This document shows, in pieces, positions 17,679 to 27,986 of a stretch of 64,000 nt of DNA. The position numbers and the translations under genes are program-made. The notes below the pieces were generated by a model. The model was given only the letters and a program-made list of their open reading frames with translations, had not been told where the DNA came from and made no database searches. The stretch is from a virus, in IMG/VR virus record IMGVR_UViG_3300031885_000010, positions 2,440 through 66,439 of that record; one strand, given 5' to 3'. The number at the start of each line of letters is the position of its first letter. Position 1 is the stretch's first letter.

Positions 17679-18578
17679 TTATCTTGTCTTTCTACTTATC
17701 ATCTCACCAAGAACCCTAAATGAATCAATTGAAAATTGTGATCCACCCTCATTCTTAATTCCAAAGGTGAAGAAACGTCCCTTCACTCCCTTACCTATTT
17801 TGGCTCTACCCTCATGTCCATTTCCATCTTTGATAAACGGATATGAGTATGCGTCCGTACTTTCATCTATCCTCATCTTCATACTCATATCTCCGACTGA
17901 TCGATACGACATCCATCCTTCTATAGGAACCTGTACAGCCTTCCTTGATAAATCTATAGCCCCAGATTCCAATTCAGCTTCAATCATCTGTCCATTATCA
18001 TTATCTCCACCAATGAGATATATTCCATTCTCATTTGCTCCAAGCAATACTCCATTGAACAGTACGAGAGAATTGAAATTGAAGTTCTCATAATGGGATA
18101 CGGCATGAGTATAAAGGTTCATCACTATGGCTCTACGGTTGAAGGTTACAACTGTAACTTTTCCATAACCATTAATCTCAAGCAGAGGAAGAGTAATAGC
18201 ACCTGTGCAACGAGTATCTGAAGATGTAATGGAAGATATGGTAAGCAATGGGAGAATAATTGATCCATTGGCAATAACTCCAGATAATGCTGTTCCATTA
18301 ATTTTGAATACTGGAAGACTTATAGATGCATTGGCAAGAACTTCACTATATCCTTGCCCAGTAATCTGTAATAAGGGAAGGATGATATTCCCTCTTGCTA
18401 CTTCTCCTACTTCTGCATGTCCTGAGATAGAAAAACATGGAAGAGTAATACTCCCTTCGCTAAGAGGAGATATGGCTGTACCTGTAACCTCAAGAAGAGG
18501 TAGAATGATAATTCCAGTTGATCCTGCTCCTCCCAAGACTTGCAGTAGGGGAAGAGTTATAGTCCCATTATTAGACAT
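17679..18578 (-). CDS. Tail protein with ITLPLL repeats
   Basis: About 8 repeats of GxIxLPxL; C-terminal RAKIGKGVKGRFFTF. Confidence 0.65.
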   Translation of the reverse strand: MSNNGTITLPLLQVLGGAGSTGIIILPLLEVTGTAISPLSEGSITLPCFSISGHAEVGEVARGNIILPLLQITGQGYSEVLANASISLPVFKINGTALSGVIANGSIILPLLTISSITSSDTRCTGAITLPLLEINGYGKVTVVTFNRRAIVMNLYTHAVSHYENFNFNSLVLFNGVLLGANENGIYLIGGDNDNGQMIEAELESGAIDLSRKAVQVPIEGWMSYRSVGDMSMKMRIDESTDAYSYPFIKDGNGHEGRAKIGKGVKGRFFTFGIKNEGGSQFSIDSFRVLGEMISRKTR

Positions 18579-18589
18579 GGACTAACCTC

Positions 18590-19405
18590 TTATACTAACA
18601 ATGGCAATGTCACTGAAAAAGTATCAATGGTGCATGTAGCATCCTCAGTAAGAGTGGTATTGGACATATTGATTTCTGCCCCACTGGCTGCACATGCTCC
18701 TTGTAATCTTACTTGCGTTGTACTAAGAGTTGCGTCATCTTCTGGAGCTACAAGTCTGAACCATCCTGCTACTCCAGTAGCCAGATTTAGTCCTGACCAT
18801 GTACCACTTGCCTTTGAAATTACACCAGCAACCGGTTTTCCAAACTGAAGAGTATTAACTCTGGAAGCCGTCGTAATCAAAGTGCCTGTACTTATTGTTG
18901 GTCCCGTAGATGCCCTTTGTGCAATCTCAAAACTCAATCCTGCTATTCTCGACTTAACCAGAATAATGTTTCCCTTTCCAGTTGTGGCTCCTGGCATTGA
19001 TAAGGCAGAAAGCTGAGGAATGTCATCGAGCATCTGAGCAAATTCACGAGTAACAGCCGTAGTTGTGCGAAGAGAGGCAGATGTGGCATGTATGGTGAAG
19101 ACATAATGTGCAGTAGTAGCATCAGCCAAGGTTACTTTAACAGAACAAGTTTTTCCTGCGGTACGTGTTCCTGACATGGTATATCTCTTCAATTTAGGTA
19201 CGGACCTGTCAGTACGAGAAGTAGTAACCACTGCCCCACTTCCGATTGTAATTTTGCAGAGTAAATTTGCTGCTGGAGCTATTGCGTCTGCCGTGGCTGG
19301 GGGAGTCCCAGAATAAATGTTTAAGATTGCATCCTCGAAGGCTTTCCTGAGACCACTTTCATCATCTAAAAACTGAGCTAATCCTGTACTAAGTTTGACT
19401 GCCAT
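18590..19405 (-). CDS. Virion structural protein (Thr/Ser-rich)
   Basis: IYSGTPPATADA...ATGVAGWFRL motif common in phage structural proteins. Confidence 0.7.
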   Translation of the reverse strand: MAVKLSTGLAQFLDDESGLRKAFEDAILNIYSGTPPATADAIAPAANLLCKITIGSGAVVTTSRTDRSVPKLKRYTMSGTRTAGKTCSVKVTLADATTAHYVFTIHATSASLRTTTAVTREFAQMLDDIPQLSALSMPGATTGKGNIILVKSRIAGLSFEIAQRASTGPTISTGTLITTASRVNTLQFGKPVAGVISKASGTWSGLNLATGVAGWFRLVAPEDDATLSTTQVRLQGACAASGAEINMSNTTLTEDATCTIDTFSVTLPLLV

Positions 19406-19417
19406 TTCTCTACCTCC

Positions 19418-20404
19418 TTAAATTGTAGTTGCTTCCACTGAGAGTAAAGGAAGATTAATACTTCCATCTATACCAGCAATCTCTGCTGGAGCCTGAGCCA
19501 TAAATACATATTGCCTATAATTACCATGCCACCTGATGATGGATGAACCAATTTCAATGTCATTTACTCCATAATAATCCCCAGTAAGATTCTTCAATTC
19601 ACCACCAGGCATTCCCATAAATATCCCAATACTGGTAGAGAATATTACACATTTACCTATTGCTCTATCCTTTAATGTGGTACTTGTGTAAGTCATCCTT
19701 TCTACTACAACTGGGCTTCCCTTGATGGCCGGTACATTCAGAAGTTCCTTATACTTCATATCGAACAAATCTGAGCCGTGATGGAAGCTAACTGTATTTC
19801 CAGCACTAATATACATTCCATCAATGACGGCATTCATCATGGTAATTGGTCCATCAAGCACTATGAAGTTACGTTTCTTTTCCATCTCCATGGGACTTGC
19901 AGCAACAGAGAAATAGATATGATCTCCATAAGAAGCATATAGACGTGCATTGTAATATTCAATTAATTCCCCACCTACCATCTTTTGTCGCATGGTACGA
20001 TCTGCATTTGGAAACCCATAAGCTACTCCATTCTTGATATATCCTACCTTCTCAAGGTTGGAGAAAAAAATCCTATCATCAACTTTTACGAAATTCATTT
20101 TGGATGGTCCAGCAGCAGTAAGAATAGTTGAAGAAGTCCAGTCCAGATTGATCTGTTTTAGATCATTATTCCTGACTCCAAAGCAGAGTGTATTCTCATC
20201 TGACCATAGACTATGCCAACTACCAGAAAATATTTCACTGAGTATTCCTACACGCCTATGCATCATTCCTTCTTCATCAAAGTCCACATTGTTAGCTACT
20301 CTGACGAAACCAGAAGGAAGACGCATATCGTCCGTAACCTGATTATTGATGCCTCGAAATACTTTAAATTCGATTAGAGGTATAAGTCGTTCTTGTCCAA
20401 TCAT
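19418..20404 (-). CDS. Tail/head-closure protein
   Basis: FRGINN...ANNVDFD N-terminus typical of podophage tail tubular/stabilisation proteins. Confidence 0.6.
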   Translation of the reverse strand: MIGQERLIPLIEFKVFRGINNQVTDDMRLPSGFVRVANNVDFDEEGMMHRRVGILSEIFSGSWHSLWSDENTLCFGVRNNDLKQINLDWTSSTILTAAGPSKMNFVKVDDRIFFSNLEKVGYIKNGVAYGFPNADRTMRQKMVGGELIEYYNARLYASYGDHIYFSVAASPMEMEKKRNFIVLDGPITMMNAVIDGMYISAGNTVSFHHGSDLFDMKYKELLNVPAIKGSPVVVERMTYTSTTLKDRAIGKCVIFSTSIGIFMGMPGGELKNLTGDYYGVNDIEIGSSIIRWHGNYRQYVFMAQAPAEIAGIDGSINLPLLSVEATTI

Positions 20405-21348
20405 AATGTACCCAATCTCGGTCTGGCCGTCTCATTAGAATTGCGCAACCAGTCCCGTGTAGCCTTACCCTTGCGTTTACTTGTTTCAAATAATCCTCGA
20501 TGCTCCATGGCTAACTGTTTATTGTAACACTGTGAATCCTGCTTCATATAGGCATCTCGCAGTATCCCATCTATAAGGTAGATATGATACTGGGATGCAA
20601 TCTCTGGGGATTCAGTAGCAATGCCTGCAATAGTGAGATCGGCCAATGGAAGTCTGGATACGGTAAGCCACAATGTATCTATAACTTTCTGCATGATTCC
20701 ACCTGATGCCACAGTTTCATCCGTTATTGTCTCGGATACGGTGAATGAAGTAGTAGAGACCGTTACCACAGTGAATGTCTTTGGCACAGCCGTAGTACCA
20801 TTGGAAACTGTTCCTGTCATCCATACCTGATCTCCTACCTCAAGCAAGTCGGAGAATGTTGCTCCAGTCTGGAAAATGGACTTGGTTGTTCCACCCGTGA
20901 AGGTGAATGCTCCCGTCCAGTATCCATCATCAGGACTGCCATACCTTACAATACGAAAGTGGCCATAATCATAGTCTGGAATCAAATATCCTGTTCCACC
21001 ATAAGCTGTTCTCCATCCGGTCATCATGTCATCTACATATGAGTCTGAGATTACCTCTACTTTCTTGGTAGTATATTGTTCCAAGACGGAATCATAATTG
21101 ATAATGTTGCAGGGAGTATGGATCTCCGTGATTCGGGGGTCTAAAGCGTAGGTATGCTGATTTGCAAGGAGGAGGGTCTTACAAATAGCAGACGTAGTGG
21201 TATCACGGATGCATCCTGTCTCCCTGCACCACTCGTTTAAAGCTTTATTAAGATGCCTAAGTAATTCTACATCCGACCATTTGTATGGGATTACAATATC
21301 ATCAAGATAGTCGGTTCTTGCGGCTAATAAGATGTCGGTTGTAAACAT
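20401..21348 (-). CDS. Head-tail adaptor protein with inserted Thr-rich beta domain
   Basis: ARTDYLDD...WSDVELLRHLN; PEIASQYHIYLIDG...AYMKQD. Confidence 0.7.
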   Translation of the reverse strand: MFTTDILLAARTDYLDDIVIPYKWSDVELLRHLNKALNEWCRETGCIRDTTTSAICKTLLLANQHTYALDPRITEIHTPCNIINYDSVLEQYTTKKVEVISDSYVDDMMTGWRTAYGGTGYLIPDYDYGHFRIVRYGSPDDGYWTGAFTFTGGTTKSIFQTGATFSDLLEVGDQVWMTGTVSNGTTAVPKTFTVVTVSTTSFTVSETITDETVASGGIMQKVIDTLWLTVSRLPLADLTIAGIATESPEIASQYHIYLIDGILRDAYMKQDSQCYNKQLAMEHRGLFETSKRKGKATRDWLRNSNETARPRLGTL

Positions 21349-21358
21349 ATCTTTTCTC

Positions 21359-21991
21359 CTATACGAATATTCTCTCTACTTCAAACCTTTCCACATGAAG
21401 TATTCCATGGGAGAGGGAGTATGGATCAGAGTGAAATGCATTAAGATATGTCTTATTCATATATGGCTTTAATGCTTGACTCTTATGCAATTGTAAACTC
21501 TTCAATTTGGAACCCATAAACCCGCTGATATTCACAAATAGTCTTGGATTAAAGTCAAGGGTATTACTGGGAAGCCCATAACATAGAACGGTAGCATTAG
21601 TTTGTCTGAGAGCAGTCATAGTTATTTCATGCAGTAAACGATGATCCTGATGCGTATGGTGTTGGCTCATCACCAATACCATATTAATCTGATGCTCATC
21701 CACGATGTCTTCTATACGACGTACTTCAAAATGATAATCCTCTCTTTTAATCCCTACTTTCTCATCCCAGATCATGATATCAGGATGCACACATACGAGA
21801 GCCAAGTCGGATTCAATCCTCCTATTGGCGAATTCATTAGAGAGATCCCCTTCTCCTCCAACTGTAGCAATGTAACAACAGAGAAGATTCATATCTTCTC
21901 TATATTTGAGCAAGGTTCCCAATGTACCCAGCTCGATATCATCTGGATGACTGCCTATTGCTAATACATTTCTTCCACGGAACATATTCAC
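21359..21991 (-). CDS. PIG-L/LmbE family deacetylase
   Basis: HPDDIELG and HQDH motifs, HKSQ. Confidence 0.92.
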   Translation of the reverse strand: MNMFRGRNVLAIGSHPDDIELGTLGTLLKYREDMNLLCCYIATVGGEGDLSNEFANRRIESDLALVCVHPDIMIWDEKVGIKREDYHFEVRRIEDIVDEHQINMVLVMSQHHTHQDHRLLHEITMTALRQTNATVLCYGLPSNTLDFNPRLFVNISGFMGSKLKSLQLHKSQALKPYMNKTYLNAFHSDPYSLSHGILHVERFEVERIFV

Positions 21992-22831
21992 CTATAAAAC
22001 TTTACTGAGAATATTTTCCAACCTATGAAACAAACTGTACTTATTCTCGTAGGTTTTCACCAAAGCGTTATAACCTATTTCCTGTCTTTCTTTAGTTTTA
22101 TCCAAATAGTATAGAAACTTATCGGCATATTCCTTTTCATCTTTCGCTATTGCCATATCCTTCTCGGAATAAAACTTATTTAAGATTGCGGGATTATCCA
22201 CCAGCTGGAAACCGCCACAGGCCGAGATAACAAAGGTTCTTTCATTAATCTCATTCTCTGAATCTCTTTGCATTTGTAAATGGTAATTCAAATTTATCTT
22301 AGCTCTGTTGTAAAAGAACCTACTATCATTAGGATGGAGTTCCAGAATTGATTCATCCCAGTATGTTCCCATCAATACACCGTTATAATGATTGACTATT
22401 GGAAGCAAGTATTTTTTGGTTTCTTCCACCTTTCTATAACTGTTTGTTCCCACGAAAAAGTAATCATATATCTCCTTACTCTCTTCAGGGTAATAGATAA
22501 TAGGATTAAAACCAAAGGGAATGGATTTTATATTAAAATCATTTTTAAAATCTTTCTCTGAATTACTAATGTAGAATTTATCTCCTATGATGTCTACAAA
22601 GATGTCATACCCCTTATCAAACAGGTCATTTTCCATACTATATATGATGTCGGTCTCAATCCCCATGTACTCAAGTATCTGCTTCCATGATATAAATGCG
22701 TACTTCCAGAATCCATTACTGGTGGAATGTATCGAAACTCGTAAATGTCTATTGGAGTATTTGTCTTTATACTCTTCCAACAGGTTTTGTCTTAATTTCT
22801 GTCCTTCATGACACGTCTCAGCAGATGGCAT
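21992..22831 (-). CDS. CgeB/YkvP-like glycosyltransferase
   Basis: YNRAKINLNYH...INERTFVISACGGFQL. Confidence 0.85.
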   Translation of the reverse strand: MPSAETCHEGQKLRQNLLEEYKDKYSNRHLRVSIHSTSNGFWKYAFISWKQILEYMGIETDIIYSMENDLFDKGYDIFVDIIGDKFYISNSEKDFKNDFNIKSIPFGFNPIIYYPEESKEIYDYFFVGTNSYRKVEETKKYLLPIVNHYNGVLMGTYWDESILELHPNDSRFFYNRAKINLNYHLQMQRDSENEINERTFVISACGGFQLVDNPAILNKFYSEKDMAIAKDEKEYADKFLYYLDKTKERQEIGYNALVKTYENKYSLFHRLENILSKVL

Positions 22832-22842
22832 AATACTCTTCT

Positions 22843-23670
22843 CTAAAAGTTGAATTTGCTTACAAATGGTCTTTCAGTATAGATTCTTATTCCCCACCTT
22901 CGCATATAATCCCGAAAATCATCTGTCTCATCGTCTTCTTCACCTACATATTCAAATGTCTCAACATTGATTGTCATTCCTCTAAATCGAACAAAAGGAT
23001 ATTCAATACTTATTCCACCAACAACCTCATGATACTTTGCAACTGGCATATACTTATTGATAATATCGTTTAGTTTATCTACCTTTTGATCAGTGGTAAA
23101 AGGAATAATATCCCTGATGAACCTTGCTGGAGATCCGGCATAAACACCCTTCTTGGTAATACTCTTTGTAACCACACTTTGAGCGCCGATCACGGAACCA
23201 TCAGCTATCTCAACTCCCATCATAATCAAACTTCTATAGCCTATGATGACACCATTTCCGATCTTGATGCCTGAAAATGAAGTCGGAAATCCATCAAGGA
23301 CTGATAGCCAAAATCCATGTGTAAGTAGTGTTGAATCAGGAGACAATCCTACATCATCACCAATCTCAATAGGTTCACAGGTATTGATGAAATTGTTATG
23401 AACCGTACATCTACTCCCGATAGAACAATTTGAAACTGGGTTTTGTGACCCACCTCCTCCTATTCTGAGTCCAGAAGAATTAAATAAATGTTGGCCTATC
23501 TTTACATTATTACCTCTTATCTGTACATCATCTCCTAATCGACTATAATTTCCAATACTGAACTCTCCTTTTAATAAGATGGAAATGTCTTTACCAAACT
23601 GAACATTGGTTCCTATCTCAATTGAGCTTGCTTCGATCCTGACATTCTTACTTTCATCTACATATATCAC
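22843..23670 (-). CDS. Left-handed beta-helix acyltransferase
   Basis: Hexapeptide repeats; IGAQSVVTK...YAGSPARFIR. Confidence 0.9.
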   Translation of the reverse strand: MIYVDESKNVRIEASSIEIGTNVQFGKDISILLKGEFSIGNYSRLGDDVQIRGNNVKIGQHLFNSSGLRIGGGGSQNPVSNCSIGSRCTVHNNFINTCEPIEIGDDVGLSPDSTLLTHGFWLSVLDGFPTSFSGIKIGNGVIIGYRSLIMMGVEIADGSVIGAQSVVTKSITKKGVYAGSPARFIRDIIPFTTDQKVDKLNDIINKYMPVAKYHEVVGGISIEYPFVRFRGMTINVETFEYVGEEDDETDDFRDYMRRWGIRIYTERPFVSKFNF

Positions 23671-24347
23671 GATAACCCACCATTGATATCCAAATTTGCT
23701 CCATTCACATAACTGTTTTCGATCAAGAAATTGACGGCATTATAGATGGTTTCAGGATTCCCAAACTCGTGAGAAGGTATCTTCTCTTTAATCATACTCC
23801 TTAGCTCAGGAGCAAGGTCTTCTCCCATTCCTATTTGAAAATATCCAAGATTAAGATTATTGATAGTAATACCCTTTGAACCATTCTCCGCCACCAGAGC
23901 CTTGGTTAATCCCATGAGACCGGCCTTTGAAGTTGCATAGGCACTTGTGCCTGGGATTCCAGATAGACCGACAATGGATGAAAAGTTAATAATTCTTCCA
24001 TAACTGTTTTTCCTCATCCATGGAAGCAATGCATGGATAACATTGAAAGTACCAACCAGATTTATCAATATCGTTTTTTCCCATTTATCAGGCTCAGCCT
24101 TATGTGCAAATGAGTTGCAGTTTATGGCTGCACAGTTTATGAGTTCCACTTTATTCGTAAGAGGAATTGAGTTTATCCAACCTACAACTTCCTGATAGTT
24201 CGAGACATCCACCTTAGAGTAACAATTATGGAACTCTGGAGATGGGTCAGTTGATAAAAAAGTGCCATAAACCGTCTCTCCAAGATTCATATATTTCTCA
24301 AGCAGGTATTTTCCAATTCCCTTAGATGCACCAGTGATAATCTTCAT
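23667..24347 (-). CDS. SDR family oxidoreductase (FabG-like)
   Basis: TGASKGIG, YATSK, NGANLDINGG. Confidence 0.92.
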   Translation of the reverse strand: MKIITGASKGIGKYLLEKYMNLGETVYGTFLSTDPSPEFHNCYSKVDVSNYQEVVGWINSIPLTNKVELINCAAINCNSFAHKAEPDKWEKTILINLVGTFNVIHALLPWMRKNSYGRIINFSSIVGLSGIPGTSAYATSKAGLMGLTKALVAENGSKGITINNLNLGYFQIGMGEDLAPELRSMIKEKIPSHEFGNPETIYNAVNFLIENSYVNGANLDINGGLS

Positions 24348-25114
24348 TCTTCTCCATGCAGTAATGCAACAATATTATTGTATCCGAATACCGATATCAT
24401 TTTCTCAGTAAGGTCTTTTTGCATCTGGGATCTTTCATGTTCTAAATGAGCTGTTCTCGATCCATCATGCATCCATCTATATTTTACTACCTGTTGTTTG
24501 ATCCTGCTGATATTGGGCCATGATGTATACCAGTCTATAGCTGTTGATGCATCAATGGAGAATGTAGTATTCGGAAATCTGGATAATTTCTTATCCTTAA
24601 GGAACTTGGTTGAAAACAGAGAACCTAATGTTGTCCCAAGACTTTTATGAATCCACATATATGAGATGGCATCTGGAACAGATTCTGGGAACCCATCATA
24701 TGTCCACCTATCAACTAAAATTCCATCTGGATCAATGATATCTAATCCGCCATACACCCAGTCTGCTGAAGTTTTCTCTGCATGATCTACCAGAATACTT
24801 ATGGAATTATCGTATAGGATATCATCTCCAGAGAAGAAGTATACGTAGTCATAATCCTCAGCCCTTTTTATTATCTCATGAAATCCCCTTCTTTCATCCC
24901 CTGAGTTTTCCGAATGTAACTCATAACTCATATTAGGAGAATCTTTCAAATACCGGCGGATTATTTCTACAGTCTTATCGGTGGATGCATCATCCGTTAC
25001 GAATACATCACATTTATAACTCTGGCCTAATGCACTCTGTAGGCATTCTGCTACGTATTTCTCATGGTTATATGTCAGGATTCCTATCAGAACACTTTTC
25101 ATATATCCTTCCAT
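24344..25114 (-). CDS. GT2 family glycosyltransferase
   Basis: LTYNHEKYV...DDASTDKT...SGDD. Confidence 0.9.
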   Translation of the reverse strand: MEGYMKSVLIGILTYNHEKYVAECLQSALGQSYKCDVFVTDDASTDKTVEIIRRYLKDSPNMSYELHSENSGDERRGFHEIIKRAEDYDYVYFFSGDDILYDNSISILVDHAEKTSADWVYGGLDIIDPDGILVDRWTYDGFPESVPDAISYMWIHKSLGTTLGSLFSTKFLKDKKLSRFPNTTFSIDASTAIDWYTSWPNISRIKQQVVKYRWMHDGSRTAHLEHERSQMQKDLTEKMISVFGYNNIVALLHGEE

Positions 25115-25914
25115 TCATATGCTTTTAAATATTTCTCTCTTAATACATAATTAGGAGTTACCTGTTCCTTGAGCAATCCCAAGTATTTGATTATTTCTGC
25201 TTTGTCAGGTGCATACCATACTCCATCCAGTTGGTTGACGGATATAGGATACTGAGCCATGAATGCAGATTTTAGACAGACCTGAGAAATACGAGTGTTT
25301 ACAGAATTTGAGTATGGGAAGAAGCATCCCTGGAAATGTTTGATCTCTTCATCCATAACTTCTTCATCCACCCAACCATGGTAGATTATATTCTCGGTAT
25401 TCTTCCCATCAATCCCATAGATATGGAATCTGACTTCCGGCATCTCTTTAGCTACTTCCAACGCCAATGGAATACCGTATTCTTCTTCCCTCTGTGGATG
25501 AGTATTCAAATACACTTGTGGCGTATCCGACTGGTGGTAGGATACCTGATACTTATTGATGTCTCCAAAGAACAGTGGATGGACAATGGCATTTACTCCT
25601 GCCTTGGACAATACCTTTTGATCCATGGTTGTATGGCAATAATGTCTGGCCGGATTCTCCTGCATGATGAGTTGCCACCCATAAGATACTAACAGGTTTC
25701 TAATATCTGTCCCATTCCAGAACACAGACCGTTCCCCATGATGGTTAATAAATATTCGATAGTCCTCTGGAAAGTATAATCCCTCGAACAATACTGATTT
25801 ATCAATATCAATTTCTGGATCATATCTCCGATAGCCGAAGTGTCGTATAAGCCTTTCACCAAAGAATTTCATTGTCTCACAGTAATAAACGATTCTCCCA
25901 TTTTGCTCACTCAC
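25099..25914 (-). CDS. GT-B-fold glycosyltransferase-like protein
   Basis: AKEMPEVRFHIYG...NIIYHGWVDEE. Confidence 0.7.
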   Translation of the reverse strand: MSEQNGRIVYYCETMKFFGERLIRHFGYRRYDPEIDIDKSVLFEGLYFPEDYRIFINHHGERSVFWNGTDIRNLLVSYGWQLIMQENPARHYCHTTMDQKVLSKAGVNAIVHPLFFGDINKYQVSYHQSDTPQVYLNTHPQREEEYGIPLALEVAKEMPEVRFHIYGIDGKNTENIIYHGWVDEEVMDEEIKHFQGCFFPYSNSVNTRISQVCLKSAFMAQYPISVNQLDGVWYAPDKAEIIKYLGLLKEQVTPNYVLREKYLKAYEWKDI

Positions 25915-25924
25915 ACTATCCTCC

Positions 25925-26602
25925 TCATGCCATCTTTATATCTATATGCCACGCACCATCCTCACTCCTGCGAGGCCAGATACCCATGTGGTTGATATGA
26001 CCTATAGGATTGTCGAGATCAATAAACACCTTGAATCCTGCTCTCTGGGCAGCATGACAGAAATAGAGATCAGAACCTGAAAATTCAGGGCTTAATTTAC
26101 CTGCCCGAAACCATGGCTCCTCGATCTTATCGAAAACATGCTTTCGGATGAGCATACCAGCATTACCTGTAGTCCCATTCCATTCTATCATCCCAGATTT
26201 ATCAATAAGATAAGGCCAACTATCTTCTATGGCAGCAAAGTTTCCTGCTGCATCGTTATTCAATATTGGAGTAAAATCACTTCTGCGCAGGCATAATGGC
26301 ACCACTATATCCACATCTCTTTCATATAATTTGAGCCACAAATCTTGACAGAATAGATGATCATCTCCCAGTATCCATAACCAATCAAGATTTCGTTCCC
26401 TCATCCTTCTCACCATCTCATTGTAATGGTGACAGGGATCAACCCCCAAGAAGTACTCCTTAATAGTTCCTGGAGGAAACCAAGCGGTATTTAAGCATGT
26501 ATCAAATTCCCGATACCTACCGAGGAAGTGGGTTGCTGCTCCCACTTCCCCTGGTGGTATCTTATTTAATCTTTCCTGAATATCAGGTATAGCATCACTC
26601 AT
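25925..26602 (-). CDS. GT-A-fold glycosyltransferase-like protein
   Basis: WLWILGDDH, GMLIRKHVF, SDLYFC, GFKVFID...GH. Confidence 0.8.
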   Translation of the reverse strand: MSDAIPDIQERLNKIPPGEVGAATHFLGRYREFDTCLNTAWFPPGTIKEYFLGVDPCHHYNEMVRRMRERNLDWLWILGDDHLFCQDLWLKLYERDVDIVVPLCLRRSDFTPILNNDAAGNFAAIEDSWPYLIDKSGMIEWNGTTGNAGMLIRKHVFDKIEEPWFRAGKLSPEFSGSDLYFCHAAQRAGFKVFIDLDNPIGHINHMGIWPRRSEDGAWHIDIKMA

Positions 26603-26642
26603 TACTTTATCCTCCTCTACTAAAAGTTTATGATGCTTCTAC

Positions 26643-26891
26643 TTATACATCCAACTTGACCATGATATCATCAAGATTGCTACTAATTTTATTAAGTTTG
26701 ATATCCATGGCATCCAATTTTTCGTTGAGGTCTATGTTCTCATTATGCCCTGACTCTATATAACCAGAAGCAGAACAATCTGGGCAATCATACTGGCTGT
26801 TAATAACAGCAACACCACCACTTATGCCCATAACCTGAACAACACCATCCCCATTGCATCTTCCACATTTAAGAACAATTTTATCAGCCAT
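26643..26891 (-). CDS. DnaJ-type zinc-finger plus coiled-coil protein
   Basis: CGRCNGDG...CPDCSASG. Confidence 0.65.
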   Translation of the reverse strand: MADKIVLKCGRCNGDGVVQVMGISGGVAVINSQYDCPDCSASGYIESGHNENIDLNEKLDAMDIKLNKISSNLDDIMVKLDV

Positions 26892-26910
26892 TCTAAACTC
26901 CTAATTAGAA

Positions 26911-27894
26911 TTATCCAACAGTCGTTTGTTGTGCAATACCGATCTTTGTAGTTGTCTCACCGTATGCTGTAAAGACAGCACGGCTCACATTCCCAGTTGC
27001 GATGATGTCATCGACACCAACAAACACGCAATCTTCAAACACATGTTGCAATCCACCACCAGTTTCCGCCCAAGATATTGCATATGTCAGGGTTTGAGCC
27101 TGTCCACGTACGTTAATGAACGAACATCTCTTGAACAAAGAACCAGTACCCTGACCAGTTGTGCCCTGATCATAAATAAAGAATGGGGTTTTATTGGTGT
27201 TATTCTGCATCAAGAATCGGCAATCCTCGAAGAAATTCATAGGATGATTAACACCTGCGGCCCCAAAACTGAGAAGCCCATTAGCGGCAGACATCGGAGC
27301 AGTATCCAATCCGATAACACAATCCTTGAATAAATTGTAAGCACCCGTCACTGTCAAGGTTCTGTAAGCTGTATCAGCACCATTACCTAACGGTCCTGCA
27401 AAATTCACTCGATCAAACCTGTTGTAACTACCACTAACAAGGGCAGTACCATGAGCATCGCTGCTGCTGTCAGAGAGGTAGAAATCTGAAAAGTAATTTC
27501 CAGTACCAGCAACCGTCAGTATTGGTGTTACTCCACTTGATGCATTGAAGATCCTTGACCTTGCGCCCTGAGCATTGCCTGAATTAACTCCACAAAGCTT
27601 GCTGTAATTAAGAGTTGTTCCACCAGTAAGACCAGTGGTTGACCAAAACATAGCAGCCGTGAGTGTAATTCCGCTTGTTCCAGAAATATAATAAATCATG
27701 TCATGTCTGTTGTTCTGGATTAATGACAAAGCAGAAGCCATAGTCCTTCTGGCACTATCTATTTTCTTACCACTATATCCATCACTTCCATTAGTCGGAT
27801 CAAGATAGATAACTCTTCTGACAAATGGATTGATACCTCCACCAATGATGTTATCAACCGTTAATTGTCCAACTGAATATTCTTCCTTTCTCAT
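26911..27894 (-). CDS. Right-handed beta-helix (pectin-lyase-like) virion protein
   Basis: YLDPTNGSDG N-terminus; F(E/K)DC repeats. Confidence 0.7.
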   Translation of the reverse strand: MRKEEYSVGQLTVDNIIGGGINPFVRRVIYLDPTNGSDGYSGKKIDSARRTMASALSLIQNNRHDMIYYISGTSGITLTAAMFWSTTGLTGGTTLNYSKLCGVNSGNAQGARSRIFNASSGVTPILTVAGTGNYFSDFYLSDSSSDAHGTALVSGSYNRFDRVNFAGPLGNGADTAYRTLTVTGAYNLFKDCVIGLDTAPMSAANGLLSFGAAGVNHPMNFFEDCRFLMQNNTNKTPFFIYDQGTTGQGTGSLFKRCSFINVRGQAQTLTYAISWAETGGGLQHVFEDCVFVGVDDIIATGNVSRAVFTAYGETTTKIGIAQQTTVG

Positions 27895-27986
27895 AATAAA
27901 CCTCCTTTTTTATTCACAAGCGTCTGTGCTTCCCAGCCTTGTTACTCAAAGAGGGAGGATTATGAGTCCCCCCTCCGTCAAATTGT

